Below are positions 62,301 through 64,000 of a stretch of DNA of 64,000 nucleotides, in pieces. The first letter of the stretch is position 1; the number at the start of each line of letters is the position of its first letter. The position numbers and the translations under genes were made by a program. The notes under the pieces are model-generated. The model was not told where the DNA came from. It did no database searches and saw only the letters and a list, made by a program, of their open reading frames with translations. The stretch comes from Acidobacteriota bacterium (GTDB lineage Bacteria; Acidobacteriota; UBA6911; RPQK01; JAJDTT01): the NCBI GenBank assembly GCA_965209055.1, contig OZ242374.1, positions 1,760,001 to 1,824,000 on the forward strand, given 5' to 3'.

Positions 62301-64000
62301 ACGTCTCCATCAAGATATCTGGAGCCGCCGACGATGTCAGCGTGAGTCCCAGTTCCATGACCTTTTCAACGACGAACTGGAGCAAAGAGAGAAAAGTGAC
62401 CGTAAACGTCCGTTCGGACGACGATGGAAGCGACGACCCTCCAATAACTCTTACACACGAGGTCACCAGCGAGGACACCGAATACGATGGTTTAGTCCCA
62501 TCGCCTGTCACGGTGACACCCAAAGACGATGATCCGCTTGGGGTCACGGTGACACCCACGTCCCTGACCGTCGCGGCGGGTTCACTTGGAACCTATACCG
62601 TCAAGTTGGACACCCAGCCGTTGGATGCGGTAACCGTGGCTGTGAACGACCCCCCATTGGAATCCATAACCGTCGAAGGTGCCCCACTGGTCTTCACGAC
62701 AACCGACTGGAAAACCGCACAGACGATCACGGTAAAGGTCGACAGGGATGGTGGGGAGGACAACGAACAGACGGTCACGTTGACCCATACCGTGTACGGT
62801 GGAGACTACCCAGGGGACGGAGATGTTCCGTCCGTAACCGTGATCATCCCGGTGGAGGGGGCACCGAGTGCGCCCAGGAACCTCAGCGCGGCAGGCGGCA
62901 ACGAACGAGTCACGTTGAGTTGGGAAGCTCCTGCGAACGACGGGGGTTCCTCAATCACCGGCTATCAGGTCCGTTACCGAGTGGCCGGCACTGAAAACTA
63001 CGGTTCTTGGAGATCTGTGACTGGAACCAGTACTACCGTCACCGGGCTGGACAACGGTACGTCCTACCAGTTCCAGGTTCGAGCGGTCAATGGAACCTCG
63101 CCGGGACCACCGGCGGAGACGACCGAGACACTGGCGAATTCAGCCCCGGGAGCGCCTCCGGGATTGACGGCAACCGGTGGTGACGAGAGCGTCACGTTGA
63201 ACTGGAGTGCACCGGAAGACGGTGGCTCTCAGATTATCCGTTACGAATACCGGTACGCCGCGACGGGACAGACGTTCAGCGACTGGGAAACCGTCAGTGG
63301 TGGCGGAAACGCGACGAGCGTTTCCGTCGACAATCTGACCAATGGTACCGAATACGGATTCCAGGTCCGGGCGGTGAACCAGATCGGCGAGGGCCCGCAT
63401 GCCAGCGCCAGCGCGACGCCTGGGAGGGTGCCGAGCGCGCCGACGGGACTGACGGCGAAATCCGAAAGCGAAACGATCACCGTGATGTGGGGAGCGCCGG
63501 CCGACAACGGCGGCTCCGCAATTACCAGCTACCAGGTGCGCTACCGCATGAACGGTAGTAACTGGAGCAACTGGGCCACGGTGGCGGGCGGGGCAAATGC
63601 CACCAGCTACATCCTGACCGGACTGACCAACGGGATCGGCCATGAAATTGAGGTCAGGGCGGTGAACGCCATAGGTTTTAGCGCCGCTGCCTCAGTCGAG
63701 GCCACGCCCATGGCGGGCATCGACTTCGCCCACTTTGCCAACGGTACATCAGGTGGAGTGACCATCACCTCCGACATTGTGTTGGTGAATGTGGAGACCT
63801 CCGCAGTGACGCCGGCCATCTACTTCTACAACCAGCAGGGCGACATGATCGACGCCGATTCGGTGGTGGATGTGTCCGCAGATATGGAGGTTGCAGGCGA
63901 CGGCGCCTTGACCGTTCCCATGGGAATCCCGCGCCGAGGCGAAATGACAATTTCGACCAACGGCGACGGCGCCCTGGTGGTCGGATCGGTGAGAGTCTTC
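59354..64000 (+). CDS. Large secreted surface protein: about 10 Calx-beta/Ig-like repeats, 3 FN3 domains, further C-terminal domain (3' end outside window)
   Basis: GGAGG SD, signal ending PQLAFA, repeats of type LxVxEG..YTVxL..P..VTV..LTFT..W..QTVTV..LTH, FN3 units (APSAPRNL, APGAPPGL, VPSAPTGL); same frame at the window end and absent from the ORF track, consistent with no stop. Confidence 0.88.
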   Translation, partial: MLRHTVSGFASVCDVFRRDIFFCIRRGFLPLLAAMLLAAPQLAFANGLSVTVNPGSLDLTEGGSTGEYTVVLDDAPEEDVVIEVVGVDEDVLTVSTATLTFTADVGDTEGSWNTAQTVTVTTVEDDDAADERIVLTHTAKMGRRDAVPLAADTSVVVRITDDDTANKRVIISETEATVPEAGVADTYTVTLGTRPTGTVTVDVGGVTGELSVSPSRLVFRPGDWRDGAGSAITPAAKTVSIFAGNDFDADDDKATLTHKVRGGDYSNVRAGTVEVTVDDDDTRRITVVPASLNVAIEKSGTFTIKLDTQPKGTVTVLVVKDPSNTDAQVRVSPSSVRFSTGDWNRPKTVTVTAGSSAVAGSATVDLSVDASPKNRDTDYTTTELSSATVGVTISDALPSETVTLTSFPSLVEEGSTKEYTVKLDRNPSVATRTVYVTSSDTASVTVAPASLDFTQDPEGTTDGTWRTSRTVTVTGVRDGDAVEETVVVAHRFTSATGPIVRTSTVRVDELNTRGVSVSRTELEVKEGTSNTYTLTLDSDPVGGPVTVTITASSNQVTISPSQVTFTSQGVSETVTVTAVGDEDASANPSVTLSHKVRGAVGDYDNFSVSNVKVTVPEAQKTGIEIMGQPASMTEGTSETYEVRLTAQPTGTVTVRIRSDSDDVTLRPSQLRFTTSSWNQYQTVRIRAEHDADADDDPEVTLTHIASGGGYDQVSKETQLDVMEDDVSQKGVRVSPSALTITEGGSERRYTINLMTRPTATVRVRLGVDPSDAAPRIQIKPNQMTFTPDNWNVPVTVTVSAPEDHVDQGTHTDVDVTHTLSGGGYDDQAPTVDVRIRDNDERGVTLNPVELEVVQGFWQEYTVRLDSQPASTTAGAPVVTISPTRGVTGVTVSPGTLTFTASNWSSPQKVRVSAGDDATPGTGSVTHTVAAADTDYSAESAGSVALDIKDNAVDGVAVSPTVLEVLEGTSESYTIVLTQKPDKNVSIKISGAADDVSVSPSSMTFSTTNWSKERKVTVNVRSDDDGSDDPPITLTHEVTSEDTEYDGLVPSPVTVTPKDDDPLGVTVTPTSLTVAAGSLGTYTVKLDTQPLDAVTVAVNDPPLESITVEGAPLVFTTTDWKTAQTITVKVDRDGGEDNEQTVTLTHTVYGGDYPGDGDVPSVTVIIPVEGAPSAPRNLSAAGGNERVTLSWEAPANDGGSSITGYQVRYRVAGTENYGSWRSVTGTSTTVTGLDNGTSYQFQVRAVNGTSPGPPAETTETLANSAPGAPPGLTATGGDESVTLNWSAPEDGGSQIIRYEYRYAATGQTFSDWETVSGGGNATSVSVDNLTNGTEYGFQVRAVNQIGEGPHASASATPGRVPSAPTGLTAKSESETITVMWGAPADNGGSAITSYQVRYRMNGSNWSNWATVAGGANATSYILTGLTNGIGHEIEVRAVNAIGFSAAASVEATPMAGIDFAHFANGTSGGVTITSDIVLVNVETSAVTPAIYFYNQQGDMIDADSVVDVSADMEVAGDGALTVPMGIPRRGEMTISTNGDGALVVGSVRVF

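Noticed and set aside
59350-63950. Short minus-strand ORFs over the adhesin
   Set aside because: Antisense shadows of the single long plus-strand frame.

Overview
GC-rich bacterial chromosome segment. Gene content and protein style suggest Acidobacteriota, possibly host-associated (inference only). 1-49340 is mostly core and metabolic DNA: two PVC-type CxxCH membrane dehydrogenases, several Gfo/Idh/MocA oxidoreductases, a PptH-like hydrolase coupled to an Sfp-type PPTase broken by an in-frame TAG, a sialidase-fold protein, guaB, and tig-clpP-clpX-lon-rho followed by trpEGDCFBA, chorismate mutase and DAHP synthase. It continues with apbE-doxX, hemE, sucCD-ndk, der, ihf-merR and three canonical tRNAs. 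The aromatic block has two unannotated leader-peptide attenuators ([13 protein letters not shown] before trpE; MASLRSFYYFFRNG before chorismate mutase/DAHP synthase). After tRNA-Pro(GGG) an integration hotspot begins, with an IHF/arm-like att signature, a dead P4-type integrase fragment and frameshifted IS1182 and IS1634 elements. The most notable part is an apparent 4.3-kb IS1-family cargo element (54087-58404) bounded by GGTAGTGTCC inverted ends. It carries a three-gene module ending in an ADP-ribosyltransferase-like toxin, a wHTH protein, a promoter-driven non-canonical tRNA-like RNA and a membrane-anchored HIRAN protein. The window ends in an ISNCY remnant and a large Ig-like/FN3 surface protein running off the right edge. 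All family calls are from motif recognition by eye; no searches were run.
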